A stretch of DNA of 64,000 bases from a virus, in IMG/VR virus record IMGVR_UViG_3300043446_004155, positions 18,625-82,624 of that record. The stretch is one strand, 5' to 3'. Below the pieces are notes generated by a model. That model was given only the letters and a program-made list of their open reading frames with translations, was not told the DNA's origin and ran no database searches. Below are positions 35,861 through 45,337 of the stretch, one piece after another. Numbering within the stretch: the stretch's first letter is position 1; each line of letters opens with the position of its first letter. A program made the translations under genes and the position numbers.

Positions 35861-36883
35861 TTAGACGGTCGCCAAATCGTAGGTGATCATCTCTTTGACC
35901 ATGTCTTCAAAGGAGATGCGAGGCTCCCAGTTAAGCTCCCGGTAAGCCTTGGTGCAATCCCCCAGGAGAGTATCGACCTCAGCCGGACGATAGAACTGTG
36001 GGTTGATACTGATAATCGTTTTATCAAGCGTCCTACTAAAACCAATTTCATCAACGCCCTCACCTCGCCATTCCAAGTTGAGGTTCAGATAGTCCGCAGC
36101 AATCTCACAGAATTGACGAACGCTGTGTTGCATGCCCGTTGCGATCACATAATCTTTAGGCGTTTCTTGCTGCAGGATTAGGCGCATGGCATCCACATAG
36201 TCTTTGGCATGTCCCCAATCCCGTTTGGCCTCCAAGTTTCCCAGCTCAAGCACCGGGATTTTGTGGCGCATGACACCAACCAATCCCTTGGTGATCTTCT
36301 TAGTTACAAAATTGTCGCCCCGGATTGGGCTCTCATGGTTAAAGAGGATTCCGTTGGCGGCAAATAGGTCGTAGCTCTCGCGGTAATTGACGGTCAACCA
36401 ATAGCCAAACAGTTTGGCCACACCGTATGGACTCCTGGGATAGAAACCTGTCTCTTCATTTTGAGGAAACGACTGCACCTTCCCAAACATTTCGGAGGTA
36501 GATGCCTGGTAGAACTTGGGCGACTTGGCTGCAGCACGGCATGCCTCTAGGACATTCATCACACCAATTGCGTTAGCCGATGCGGTGCTGACAGGAGACT
36601 TAAAGCTGACACCCACATGACTTTGGGCAGCCAAGTTGTACACCTCATCAGGAGCAAAGTCCTGGATAACCCTGGTCAAAGAAGGTGCATCAGTCAGGTC
36701 AGAATATTCAATTGTCACATCCTTGGGAATTTCACCACCAAAAACCCATTTGAGTTTGTCGAGATGGTTGGGTTGGGTATGGTTTCTTACGACGCCACAA
36801 ACTTTGTAGCCATTATCGATCAGGTTACGCGCCAGATAGGAACCATCTTGGCCAGTGATTCCAGTGATCAGTGCTTTTTTCAT
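35861..36883 (-). CDS. gmd: GDP-mannose 4,6-dehydratase
   Basis: KKALITGITGQDGSYLA, AAQSHV, YQASTSE, PRSPYGVAK, NHESP, RDWGHA, RPAEVD. Confidence 0.96.
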   Translation of the reverse strand: MKKALITGITGQDGSYLARNLIDNGYKVCGVVRNHTQPNHLDKLKWVFGGEIPKDVTIEYSDLTDAPSLTRVIQDFAPDEVYNLAAQSHVGVSFKSPVSTASANAIGVMNVLEACRAAAKSPKFYQASTSEMFGKVQSFPQNEETGFYPRSPYGVAKLFGYWLTVNYRESYDLFAANGILFNHESPIRGDNFVTKKITKGLVGVMRHKIPVLELGNLEAKRDWGHAKDYVDAMRLILQQETPKDYVIATGMQHSVRQFCEIAADYLNLNLEWRGEGVDEIGFSRTLDKTIISINPQFYRPAEVDTLLGDCTKAYRELNWEPRISFEDMVKEMITYDLATV

Positions 36884-36932
36884 TTGCAATATCTGCGTGG
36901 TTAAAGTATAACCATTAAAAAGACTATTAGTT

Positions 36933-38108
36933 ATGACGGTGTTTGATTGGCCTCTCCAGAAAAATACGATTGGATGGAAGGAGCGCCTGGCACTGGCAAA
37001 ATTTATCCTTACTTCTGATCGCTTCACCAACGGTCCCGAGTGCCGTCAATTTGAAGAAGAATGGAGCCAATGGCAAGGCGTACCGTATTCCTTGTATGTA
37101 GCCAATGGATCGGTCGCCAACTTCCTACTGCTTGATGCAGTACATGAATACTACTTTCCAGAGAAGGAGCAGCTGACCATTTTTGCGCCAGCCATCAACT
37201 GGGCAACAAACATCTCAACTTTCTGCCAGCAGCATCACAACGTTTACTTCTACGACATCGATTACGAAACCTACAGCCCCACCGTTGAATCAGCCAATCA
37301 ACTCTCGGCCAAAGGCCTGGAGCCAGATGTTGTTTACTTGACGCACGTCCTTGGTATCTCCAATGACATGCAAAGGGTCAAGGAGTTGTGGCCTAATGCA
37401 ATGATCATCGAGGATTGCTGCGAATCCCATGGCGCGCGTGACCTTAAGAGCGGAGTAAAAGTCGGTACAACAGGCGTTGGTTCAACCTTCTCCTTTTACT
37501 TTGGGCACCACATGACGACTGTCGAAGGTGGCATGGTGTGCATCAAGAACGAAGGATTGTACAACCTATTGCGTGCCAAGCGATCTCACGGTTTATCACG
37601 CGAGATGATTCCGTCCTATCGCGTTGAACTTCAAGATCGATACCCCGACGTTGACCCGACTTTCCTGTTCCCGACCAAGGGATACAACTTCCGCAACGTA
37701 GAAACAGGAGCTGTTTTGGGCCGCATCCAGCTGAAAAAGCTCGACGCTTGGAACGAGCAGCGTGCCAAGAACTATGAGTTGTTCCGCAAGGAAATGCTAA
37801 AGCGTCCTTGGTTTGAAACCTTACCCAAGGCGAAGGGCAACAGTGCCATGACCCTACCGTTCCATTGCACGGACGAAACAATTGCCACTGAAGTCAAGAA
37901 GTTTCTCCAGTTAATCGGTATTGAGACGCGCCCATTTCTGGTTGGTAATCTCTTGCGTCAACCCTTCATGGAGGACTATGAATCGGTCATCCCTCTTCCC
38001 AATAGTGAACGGATGCATACCAATTCTTTCTACATTGGCAACAACCACTTCATTAACGAAGCCGACATCTACAAACTTTCGGAGCAATTGGACAAATGCG
38101 GATACTGA
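36933..38108 (+). CDS. DegT/DnrJ-family PLP enzyme, ColD-like GDP-4-keto-6-deoxymannose 3-dehydratase
   Basis: EDCCESHGA; SFYFGHHMTTVEGG with His at the Schiff-base Lys position. Confidence 0.8.
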   Translation: MTVFDWPLQKNTIGWKERLALAKFILTSDRFTNGPECRQFEEEWSQWQGVPYSLYVANGSVANFLLLDAVHEYYFPEKEQLTIFAPAINWATNISTFCQQHHNVYFYDIDYETYSPTVESANQLSAKGLEPDVVYLTHVLGISNDMQRVKELWPNAMIIEDCCESHGARDLKSGVKVGTTGVGSTFSFYFGHHMTTVEGGMVCIKNEGLYNLLRAKRSHGLSREMIPSYRVELQDRYPDVDPTFLFPTKGYNFRNVETGAVLGRIQLKKLDAWNEQRAKNYELFRKEMLKRPWFETLPKAKGNSAMTLPFHCTDETIATEVKKFLQLIGIETRPFLVGNLLRQPFMEDYESVIPLPNSERMHTNSFYIGNNHFINEADIYKLSEQLDKCGY

Positions 38109-38833
38109 TTTGTAGCATCATCCGGAACCGGGAACCATTCTTGTTTGGATGGAAGGATCAAATCTTATGCCTCAAGGATGAAAACCCTGGCATTACGTTT
38201 GATCTTTCTGTCTTTGAGAATGACTCTACCGATGGAACGGTTGAGTACCTGCAAGAAATTGAGCCCGAGCTCAAGGAGGAACTAAACAAGGTCTGGATCC
38301 AAACCCGCAAAAAGGACTGGCCTTATTTCGGTTCAATTCGAGCCGAGGATCGGGTGAAGTACCTGGCCATGGCACGCAACGAATGCCTGGATCGAGCAGA
38401 CAAAGAAGTTGGCCTCCAGTATTACGACAAGGTTGTTTTCATTGAACCTGACGTTGACTATGACCCCGAGCAGGTCAGCCAACTTTTTTGGGTGGACGAC
38501 GACATTGCGTCGCCCTATAGCGTGCATCCCATGAACGTCCAGAGTCATCGCTGGATCTATGACAGCTGGGCAACCCGCATCAATCCAGAGGATGACATCT
38601 TCAAGGGTCCCCGCATCTTCGAGATGCCGCCCCGCCTTGACGTAGCATCAACCTTCAATTGTTTCTGCGTTTATCGTGCCAAGCCACTTGAGGAAGGTGC
38701 ACGTTTCTCCGGCATCAACCCATATACCGATTCCTGGGACTGCGACACCACAAACATTTGTTATGAGTTTGCAGATCGAGGTTATGACAAGATTGGGCTC
38801 TACAATATTCTTTTAACCCACTTAGGAAACTAA
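38096..38833 (+). CDS. GT-A fold glycosyltransferase
   Basis: FENDSTDGT, LAMARNECL, YDSWAT, STFNCFCVY. Confidence 0.75.
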   Translation: MRILICSIIRNREPFLFGWKDQILCLKDENPGITFDLSVFENDSTDGTVEYLQEIEPELKEELNKVWIQTRKKDWPYFGSIRAEDRVKYLAMARNECLDRADKEVGLQYYDKVVFIEPDVDYDPEQVSQLFWVDDDIASPYSVHPMNVQSHRWIYDSWATRINPEDDIFKGPRIFEMPPRLDVASTFNCFCVYRAKPLEEGARFSGINPYTDSWDCDTTNICYEFADRGYDKIGLYNILLTHLGN

Positions 38834-39024
38834 GGCAAACCGTACTGTTTATTCAGGTTCACCGTATTTACGCATCATGGAAAAACTCCCAGAATATATG
38901 CAGGTGATTGAAGAGGGTAAAACCCTGGTCGCCAACCACAACAAACTTTTGGAAAGTTTATTGCTATCGAGGCAAGCTAATGACAACAACATTTATACTG
39001 ACCAAACAACCAACGGAATCGCAG

Positions 39025-39252
39025 ATGGCTCTTTCAGCGCAGGTGAAGGAATCAGTAGCACAGGCGACGGCACACCTGCGTGACGCCCTTGCGTTTGCTG
39101 CACGATCCGAACATCCGATTACAATTAGTTCATTGTCAGATCTTTTGATTCGTTGTGAATCATTAGAGCAGATGGATGAGATCATGCAGAAGTTTGGCTC
39201 ATCCTCCAGTCGATCAGGCAACTTGCCCTCCCAAAACTTTGGCAAAGAGTGA
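39025..39252 (+). CDS. Conserved cyanophage hypothetical protein
   Basis: MALSAQVKES..LRDALAFAARSEHP. Confidence 0.65.
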   Translation: MALSAQVKESVAQATAHLRDALAFAARSEHPITISSLSDLLIRCESLEQMDEIMQKFGSSSSRSGNLPSQNFGKE

Positions 39253-39398
39253 ACGGTATCGCTTAACAGAAGAGGATCGACTCCTCAGATACTTCGCGGA
39301 GCTGGAGCGGTTGATACCCAATCCTCCGGCCAATTGGGCTGTGAATGCTAAAGAATGTAAGTGGGCTAAAATATTGAAAGAAAGAAACAATAAGCCAG

Positions 39399-40589
39399 AT
39401 GGCTGATATTAACCAACAGATTCTTGGTCAAGCGCTAGGCGGTCAGTTTGATGCCGCATCTTTTTATCGCGCTAAGAAGGCCGGTTTTTCTGACAGAGAT
39501 ATTATTAACGCAATCAACGCGTCGCCTTCATCTGCCACAGGCCAGATGAAGTTTATTGCACAAAACTATGAAAAAGCGTTATCGCAGACAGGTCCATCCA
39601 GATATCGCAGCGGTTCTTATAGCGCAGGCGGGCAGGAGTGGGGTCCTCAGTTGATGGTTACTCCTAACAAATACAACCCTCTTCTCGGCGGACGAGATCC
39701 TTACGGTGGAAAATTTTCAAACGTAATGACTGGCGAGGACCCTGGACAAAATTTTGCAAAACGCGGCATGAGTTTTGCGTACGGTCCCGTAAACGCACAG
39801 GATTATGTAAACGAGCAATATTGGAAGGGCCAAGTCAATGTAAACCCAGAAGTTAACTACCGCTGGAATACCGGAGACAGTTTGGACCCAGAACGCGACA
39901 TCGACAATCAGTACGGTCGCCTTGCTGAGATGGACCTGGCTGGCCTAGGGGGCACCGAAGAATATAAAAAATTAGCGAGGCAGCGGGCAGAAGCATACGA
40001 AAAAGGAGGTACGTTAGCGGTTAATGAGTGGGGGGCCGGCTTACATGAAAGCGACCCTCGATTTGCTCAAATTGCACAAGATCCAAAAGCATATGCTGCT
40101 TACTTTACAGAAACGAGCCCGACTCGCGGTAGCTCTGAAGCAGCGCGTTGGATGGAAGAAGCACTTGGTGGTAAGGTCATGACACCTTTAGCAGGGGCAC
40201 CAGGCAAGACAACAACCCCTGGCACACAACCCACCCAGCTTGCCGGCAAAGATTACAAGAATGTTCAAAGTGCTTTTAAAGCAGCACAAGAAACCGGACA
40301 GCGTTTTGGTACGGAAGACATCCGCGCTTTGCGTGAAAGCACTGGCCAAAGCACAAAACAAATTGTGAGGGGGCTGCGTGAGCAACGTGACGAGGCTGGT
40401 CAAACCGGTGGTGTATTGACGCAAGAAGCACGTGATATGTTCCGTGCAATCAAAGAGCCTCGCGGTGAAAGGCCAGAAGATAAGCCAACGCCAGAAAAAA
40501 TGGAGAAGCGTCGGCAAGCAGCAAAAGTTGCCGGTAAAGTCGCTGGTGAAAAAGCAGCGCAAGGCGCTTCTAGAGCAACTGGTATGTAA
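39399..40589 (+). CDS. Hypothetical (possible internal virion) protein
   Basis: 396-aa ORF. Confidence 0.6.
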   Translation: MADINQQILGQALGGQFDAASFYRAKKAGFSDRDIINAINASPSSATGQMKFIAQNYEKALSQTGPSRYRSGSYSAGGQEWGPQLMVTPNKYNPLLGGRDPYGGKFSNVMTGEDPGQNFAKRGMSFAYGPVNAQDYVNEQYWKGQVNVNPEVNYRWNTGDSLDPERDIDNQYGRLAEMDLAGLGGTEEYKKLARQRAEAYEKGGTLAVNEWGAGLHESDPRFAQIAQDPKAYAAYFTETSPTRGSSEAARWMEEALGGKVMTPLAGAPGKTTTPGTQPTQLAGKDYKNVQSAFKAAQETGQRFGTEDIRALRESTGQSTKQIVRGLREQRDEAGQTGGVLTQEARDMFRAIKEPRGERPEDKPTPEKMEKRRQAAKVAGKVAGEKAAQGASRATGM

Positions 40590-40617
40590 AGCTTGCGGGT
40601 TCCTGGTTTGAATAAAA

Positions 40618-40899
40618 ATGACTGAAGAAAACAAATATACAAAACCAGGATTGCGCAAGAGTATCAAAGATCGCGTGATGGCTGGTTCCAAGGGCGGCAA
40701 GCCGGGCCAGTGGAGTGCACGCAAGGCTCAGCTTGTTGCACAGGAATACGAGAAAGCAGGTGGCGGATACAGGGGTGGCAAAGACGAAAAGCAAAAGTCC
40801 TTAGAGAAGTGGGGCAAGGAGAAGTGGATGACCAAGGACGAATACGAAAAGCGCGGTAAAGCTAAAGCTGCCGCCAAGAAATATAAAGAAAGTAAATAA
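40618..40899 (+). CDS. DUF5872-like basic protein, N-terminal half
   Basis: KGGKPGQWSARKAQL. Confidence 0.7.
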   Translation: MTEENKYTKPGLRKSIKDRVMAGSKGGKPGQWSARKAQLVAQEYEKAGGGYRGGKDEKQKSLEKWGKEKWMTKDEYEKRGKAKAAAKKYKESK

Positions 40900-40923
40900 A
40901 GGTCAAGTATTAGGAATACTGTT

Positions 40924-41127
40924 ATGGCAGACAAGGCTATACAAAAGGGATATACCAAGCGTTATCTACCAGAATCCGCCTGGGCCTCATTGTCCAAAGA
41001 GGAACGTCAAGAGACCGACCAAAAGAAACGCGCTGCTAGCCGCGAAGGAAAACAATTTGTACCAAATACTAGAAAAGCAAAACTTGCTGGACGCGCAGCC
41101 CGCCGTTACCGCGACAGTAAATCCTGA
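40924..41127 (+). CDS. DUF5872-like basic protein, C-terminal half
   Basis: RYLPESAW...GKQFVPNT; same frame as the preceding ORF. Confidence 0.65.
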   Translation: MADKAIQKGYTKRYLPESAWASLSKEERQETDQKKRAASREGKQFVPNTRKAKLAGRAARRYRDSKS

Positions 41128-41139
41128 TATGCTGACACA

Positions 41140-41253
41140 TGGAGCAATACCGCTCTGGGACTAATAGTCGAAAAGTCCCTCCACGTTACAAACGTGGTGC
41201 TCAACAAAGCGCGGAAGGAAGTATGACCCCGGCTTAGTACACCGGGGTTTTTT
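41140..41253 (+). ncRNA. Candidate small structured RNA with its own promoter and terminator
   Basis: TGnTATGCT -10 box; hairpins GGAGC/GCTCT, GGGACT/AGTCCC, CCACGTT/AACGTGG; terminator ACCCCGG/CCGGGGT + T-tract. Confidence 0.5.
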
Positions 41254-41266
41254 ATGTATAATACTT

Positions 41267-41321
41267 ACGTTCCCGCTCTCTTTTAATCGGGCTGCAAGGG
41301 TACGACAAGGAACGTTGTATT
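41267..41321 (+). promoter_or_regulatory. Glutamine-II (Downstream-peptide)-like riboswitch
   Basis: P1 CGTTC/GAACG, P2 CCG/CGG, GCTGCAA, AAG before the P1 3' strand, pseudoknot GTACGA/TTGTAT; TATAAT at 41257-62. Confidence 0.55.
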
Positions 41322-41388
41322 AAATGAAGAGTCCCCTAGGCCGCATCGTAGATCATCGTAGGCGGATACTCTCGCCCTTCCAACAATA

Positions 41389-41733
41389 ATGTCAGACTTT
41401 CCTTGTACTGGTTGCGGACTTTGTTGCAAAATGGTTGCCAATGTTCTGGCTAACGCAGCAAATGTACATGAGCCAATACTTAAAGATGCGTTAAATAGTT
41501 TTCCGTATCAAGCCAAGGAAGATGGAAGTTGCGAAATGCTAGTTGACGACCGTTGCTCTGTATACGAGAACAGACCTACGATCTGCAATATTGAAAGCAT
41601 GCAAAAAATTTACGAGAAAACACAAGGCATCTCCAAGGAAGATTACTACACCCTTAACATTTCAATTTGCAATGCTTTGATTAAGGAGCAAGGATTGCCC
41701 CAAAAATATTTTATTCCCCATTTAGGCTCTTAA
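41389..41733 (+). CDS. YkgJ-family Cys-cluster (Fe-S/Zn) protein
   Basis: CTGCGLCC...CEML...CSVYENRPTIC. Confidence 0.85.
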   Translation: MSDFPCTGCGLCCKMVANVLANAANVHEPILKDALNSFPYQAKEDGSCEMLVDDRCSVYENRPTICNIESMQKIYEKTQGISKEDYYTLNISICNALIKEQGLPQKYFIPHLGS

Positions 41734-41753
41734 TAGGGTAAGCTGTTTTTATC

Positions 41754-41828
41754 CGGGGATTAGCTCAGTTTGGCCAGAGCGCTGCGTTTGGGACGCAGAT
41801 GCCGCAGGTTCAAATCCTGCATCTCCGA
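41754..41828 (+). tRNA. trnP: tRNA-Pro(UGG), CCA not encoded
   Basis: Cloverleaf; anticodon loop TTTGGGA; GGTTCAAATCC T arm. Confidence 0.95.
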
Positions 41829-41881
41829 TATCAACAATTCCAATAAATGCCTTATATTAATTACACGAATAAAAACTATGA

Positions 41882-42208
41882 ATGCCCTGGAGAGATTCCA
41901 AGGAACGCATCAACAAGAATCGACAGAAGCTTCTGGAGTACAAGAAGACTCTGCAATGCGAGCAATGTGGGTTGAACGATCATCGTGTCCTTGAGTTTCA
42001 CCACATCAAGGATAAGGATCAAAACGTTTCACGGATGGTGAGCACTGGGTTAAGCTGGCAAAGAATTGAAAATGAAATTAAAAAATGTATTCCATTGTGT
42101 TGTAACTGTCACAGGATAGAACACTTTAGACTGATACAAAAGGAAAAAACAAATGCTGTCAACCGATACACGCCTGAAGGTTCAGTTCATTTGCGATTGT
42201 ATTGGTAA
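41882..42208 (+). CDS. HNH endonuclease next to the tRNA
   Basis: CEQCG...LEFHH...KCIPLCCNCHRIEH. Confidence 0.8.
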   Translation: MPWRDSKERINKNRQKLLEYKKTLQCEQCGLNDHRVLEFHHIKDKDQNVSRMVSTGLSWQRIENEIKKCIPLCCNCHRIEHFRLIQKEKTNAVNRYTPEGSVHLRLYW

Positions 42209-42470
42209 GGGCGCACCAGTTGAATTAAAGGATATGGCATGGGTGCAAAAACTTGCCACCCGTAATCCAACGGTGGATACCTGGCTTCGGCAAGCAAGAC
42301 GCAAAGCTATACAGGCCGATCAACCCAGCAATGACCTGGATGATTTCTGTAATGCCTTGGACCTTGGTGAACCAGACCCCAGTGATCACCTAGTGGGACC
42401 ACAAGATCCAGTGACATTAGCTGAGTGGTTTACCAGCAGACAGAAATGGTTTCGTGGACAAGCTGATTAA
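42153..42470 (+). CDS. Conserved cyanophage hypothetical protein
   Basis: MLST..RL..IC...DMAWVQKLA...LRQARR..LDDF...LDLG.PDP. Confidence 0.65.
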   Translation: MLSTDTRLKVQFICDCIGKGAPVELKDMAWVQKLATRNPTVDTWLRQARRKAIQADQPSNDLDDFCNALDLGEPDPSDHLVGPQDPVTLAEWFTSRQKWFRGQAD

Positions 42471-42477
42471 ATTTTTG

Positions 42478-44763
42478 TCAACGGAAGAATAGTCCACCTG
42501 CTTCTGAGATACCCAACTCTGGAATGCTTAACGTACCAAATGGAGTTGGAAATTTCCATTTACTTCCCCGGCGACGAGCAGCTTCTGCCCGTGCCAACTG
42601 TGATTTAGCTGCTTGTTCGTCTGCTTTCTTATTTAATTTAGTTGAACCGCCTAGTTGCGAAACAACAGCAAGAGGATTAGCAATACGAAGACCACCAGCA
42701 ACTGCTGGAAGAACAGCAGCAGTTGTTGCAGGCGCTAAGCGTTGAGCAAGTCCTGCTCCTGCACCAATGACTGGAGCGGCCGCTGTTCCAATTGCATATT
42801 CGGTAGCAACTTGTTGAGCCGCTTTGCGAAGATTGCCGGTTTCAACAGCTTGCCTGAAGGCGGGATCAAATAATGGAACAGAACCTGCTAAATCAGTTGT
42901 AGTATTAAAACCAGTCCCTATAGCTTGAGAAATTTTTGGTAGAGCTTTGTTGTATACTTCTGCTTGTTTTGCTTTAGCAGCAATATCAAGTAAAAGATCA
43001 GAAGAATTAACACCAGCGCTTTCTAAAACGCGCACAGTGTCACTATCCATCTGAGGACGTTGAATTGTTCCTTGAGGATTTGCGCCTAAATTTGCGGGGT
43101 TAAGATACGTTCTACCGCCTTCTCTAAAATCCATTGGCGCGGCAGACGTAAAACCTCCCATGCCTACACCACGCGCTTTATCAATTGCAGATCTAATAGA
43201 ATTATCCGCATAAGTTAAGGCGTCTTCAAAAAAGTCAGGATCACTAGGAGGTGTCCAGCTTCCAAGAAGTGAATTTGTTGCTCTTGTTACAGGAGGTCTT
43301 TGGGGAGTTGAGGGACGCTCTCCCAACGTGTCTTCTAAAATTTGGAAGTTTTTAGGATTAGCTTTAGCTAATGCTTCATAAACGCGTCGATCTCGCTGGA
43401 ACTCAGGGGAGTCAATATCTAAACCCTGTTCTGCATAATTTTGACGAACAAAATTTATATAACCAGGGTCTGTTTCACCCATTAGCTTTATCAAAGCATT
43501 CTTTTTAACATCCCATTCACCGCTTAATGCTCTTGCTTTAATTTGCTCAGGAGAGTTATAAGTAATTTGTTCTTGGGTTATTTTTTCTTTTAATGCAGGG
43601 ACTGCGATTTCAGCAGCTTTATTGAGTTCTTGTTGCCACAAATTAGTGTCAACTGTAGGCACTAAAGGAGCATTCATCAACGAAAGAGGATTGCCATATG
43701 GAATCCCACCAGTGTTGTATCCACCTGCAATTTGTTGTGTAATTACCCGTGGCGGCCCATATTCATTATTCATGAATTGGTTAGCAGCCTCTGAGCGTAT
43801 TGTTCTGCCTTGCCAGTTATCTTTATCAGACCACTCAACACTGCCTCCCCTCTTAAAAGCGTCCCAATTTGCCTGGACCTGATCGTAAAATTCTTGCCCT
43901 CTTTGGGCCATTGTATTAAATTCTTCTTGACTGATTGGAGGACTCAAGAAAGAAGCAACATTATTTGCGTCCCTAAACAAAGAACTTCCTTGTGCTGCAC
44001 CACGTTGTTGCACAAGAGTACGTCCACTCATTCGTGCATTTCGCTTTGCATCTTCAATCCCTGCTTCATATGCAAGCGAAGGATCAGATGTAAATACCGG
44101 CGCTTGTTGAGTTAAATTTTCTAAGCCAATATTTTGAGCTGCCAGCGGTGTAGCACCAACATTTTCTGCAATCGTAATAAGTTCCTCGCCACGCAACGTA
44201 TTTCCAACGTTGGCAAAGTCATGCATTGCATCGTGTAGTTTTAGCTCATTACCATAAGCCCTTCCTGTTGCCGGATTAATTACTGGCCCTGGATCTTGCC
44301 CCTCAAAATATTGATTAAGAAAACGTTTAGCTTTTTCTTGTACTGATTCAGTATCACGAATATTTACAGGTGGTTGTGTAAAATCAAACTCTCTGCCAAA
44401 AGGTTGATTTGAATTACTAGAAAATAAACCAGCTTCGTTTGGATTAACAGGAACTACTTTAGGATACAGCTCTTCCCAATCCGTAACAGGAAGACTACTT
44501 GCCGGACCAGAGTGAGGAACAATCTGTACGGCAGCGCCTGGTTTGTTAAAACGAATACCCTGACTTGTATCAACTGTTTTATCCCAAATTATATCGGATA
44601 CATTACGAGTTGGGTATTGAGGTTGCGCAAGTCTTACTTGCTCTGTTTCGGCTGCTCGGTTATACAAACTTTGCAGATCAGGAGAGAGAGGTTCGCCTGT
44701 TTTAGTTGAACGAAGAATTGCAGCGTTTAATTTTACGCGTTCTGCAGGAGTTAATTCCATCAA
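42478..44763 (-). CDS. Large hypothetical protein (761 aa)
   Basis: Long ORF; LHDAMHD His motif; AT-rich codon usage. Confidence 0.65.
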   Translation of the reverse strand: MMELTPAERVKLNAAILRSTKTGEPLSPDLQSLYNRAAETEQVRLAQPQYPTRNVSDIIWDKTVDTSQGIRFNKPGAAVQIVPHSGPASSLPVTDWEELYPKVVPVNPNEAGLFSSNSNQPFGREFDFTQPPVNIRDTESVQEKAKRFLNQYFEGQDPGPVINPATGRAYGNELKLHDAMHDFANVGNTLRGEELITIAENVGATPLAAQNIGLENLTQQAPVFTSDPSLAYEAGIEDAKRNARMSGRTLVQQRGAAQGSSLFRDANNVASFLSPPISQEEFNTMAQRGQEFYDQVQANWDAFKRGGSVEWSDKDNWQGRTIRSEAANQFMNNEYGPPRVITQQIAGGYNTGGIPYGNPLSLMNAPLVPTVDTNLWQQELNKAAEIAVPALKEKITQEQITYNSPEQIKARALSGEWDVKKNALIKLMGETDPGYINFVRQNYAEQGLDIDSPEFQRDRRVYEALAKANPKNFQILEDTLGERPSTPQRPPVTRATNSLLGSWTPPSDPDFFEDALTYADNSIRSAIDKARGVGMGGFTSAAPMDFREGGRTYLNPANLGANPQGTIQRPQMDSDTVRVLESAGVNSSDLLLDIAAKAKQAEVYNKALPKISQAIGTGFNTTTDLAGSVPLFDPAFRQAVETGNLRKAAQQVATEYAIGTAAAPVIGAGAGLAQRLAPATTAAVLPAVAGGLRIANPLAVVSQLGGSTKLNKKADEQAAKSQLARAEAARRRGSKWKFPTPFGTLSIPELGISEAGGLFFR

Positions 44764-45311
44764 CCGTTCCGCAATGTAGCTTTAACAAACCAAGCAGCCT
44801 TAAAGGCTTGACCACACAGCTCAGCCATGTAGTTTTGGATATCAATGGCACCCACCTTGGCAGCAACGGGCTCCAACTTTTTGGTCTTCATGCCCAGCTC
44901 TTCCAGGTTTTTGTAGTACGTGGTGAGCTGATCGGTTCCCTTATAGCTGGTAACGTGTTGGATGCCAGGACCAGCATCAGCCAGCCCCCTGGCGCACATA
45001 GGCATCAGGTAGTCCATGGACCTGATGAATTCCGACAAAGTATCGAACTGAGTTTGATGAGCCTCGTACTGATCTCCAAGGAAGGCATGCACCCCGAGGA
45101 AGTTCGACCCCTCGTAGTTCAGGTGAATGAGATGGGCTTGTGTCTGAAGTTCCTTGAGGTAGGAAGCCAGGGAGATGCACTGCTGGATAAAAGCCCCGAC
45201 ATCACCATTCTTTGAACGGGCAGGACCTTTTGGTTTGGATTGAGGCTCTGGAACAGCTTGCATCGGCGCTGTTTCAGGAGCAGGAACTGTTTGAGGACCA
45301 GGAGTATACAT
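44760..45311 (-). CDS. dps: Dps/ferritin-like protein
   Basis: HLIHLNYEGSNFLGVHAFLGDQYE...DTLSEFIRS...KAAWFV. Confidence 0.8.
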   Translation of the reverse strand: MYTPGPQTVPAPETAPMQAVPEPQSKPKGPARSKNGDVGAFIQQCISLASYLKELQTQAHLIHLNYEGSNFLGVHAFLGDQYEAHQTQFDTLSEFIRSMDYLMPMCARGLADAGPGIQHVTSYKGTDQLTTYYKNLEELGMKTKKLEPVAAKVGAIDIQNYMAELCGQAFKAAWFVKATLRNG

Positions 45312-45337
45312 GGTTTTTAATCAGTAATAGCAGTCTA

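Noticed and set aside
36884-37030. N-terminal extension of Gmd in the ORF track
   Set aside because: Overlaps the divergent gene; family homology starts at MKKALITG (36883)
41770-41994. ORF overlapping tRNA-Pro
   Set aside because: Spurious frame across the tRNA and the HNH gene
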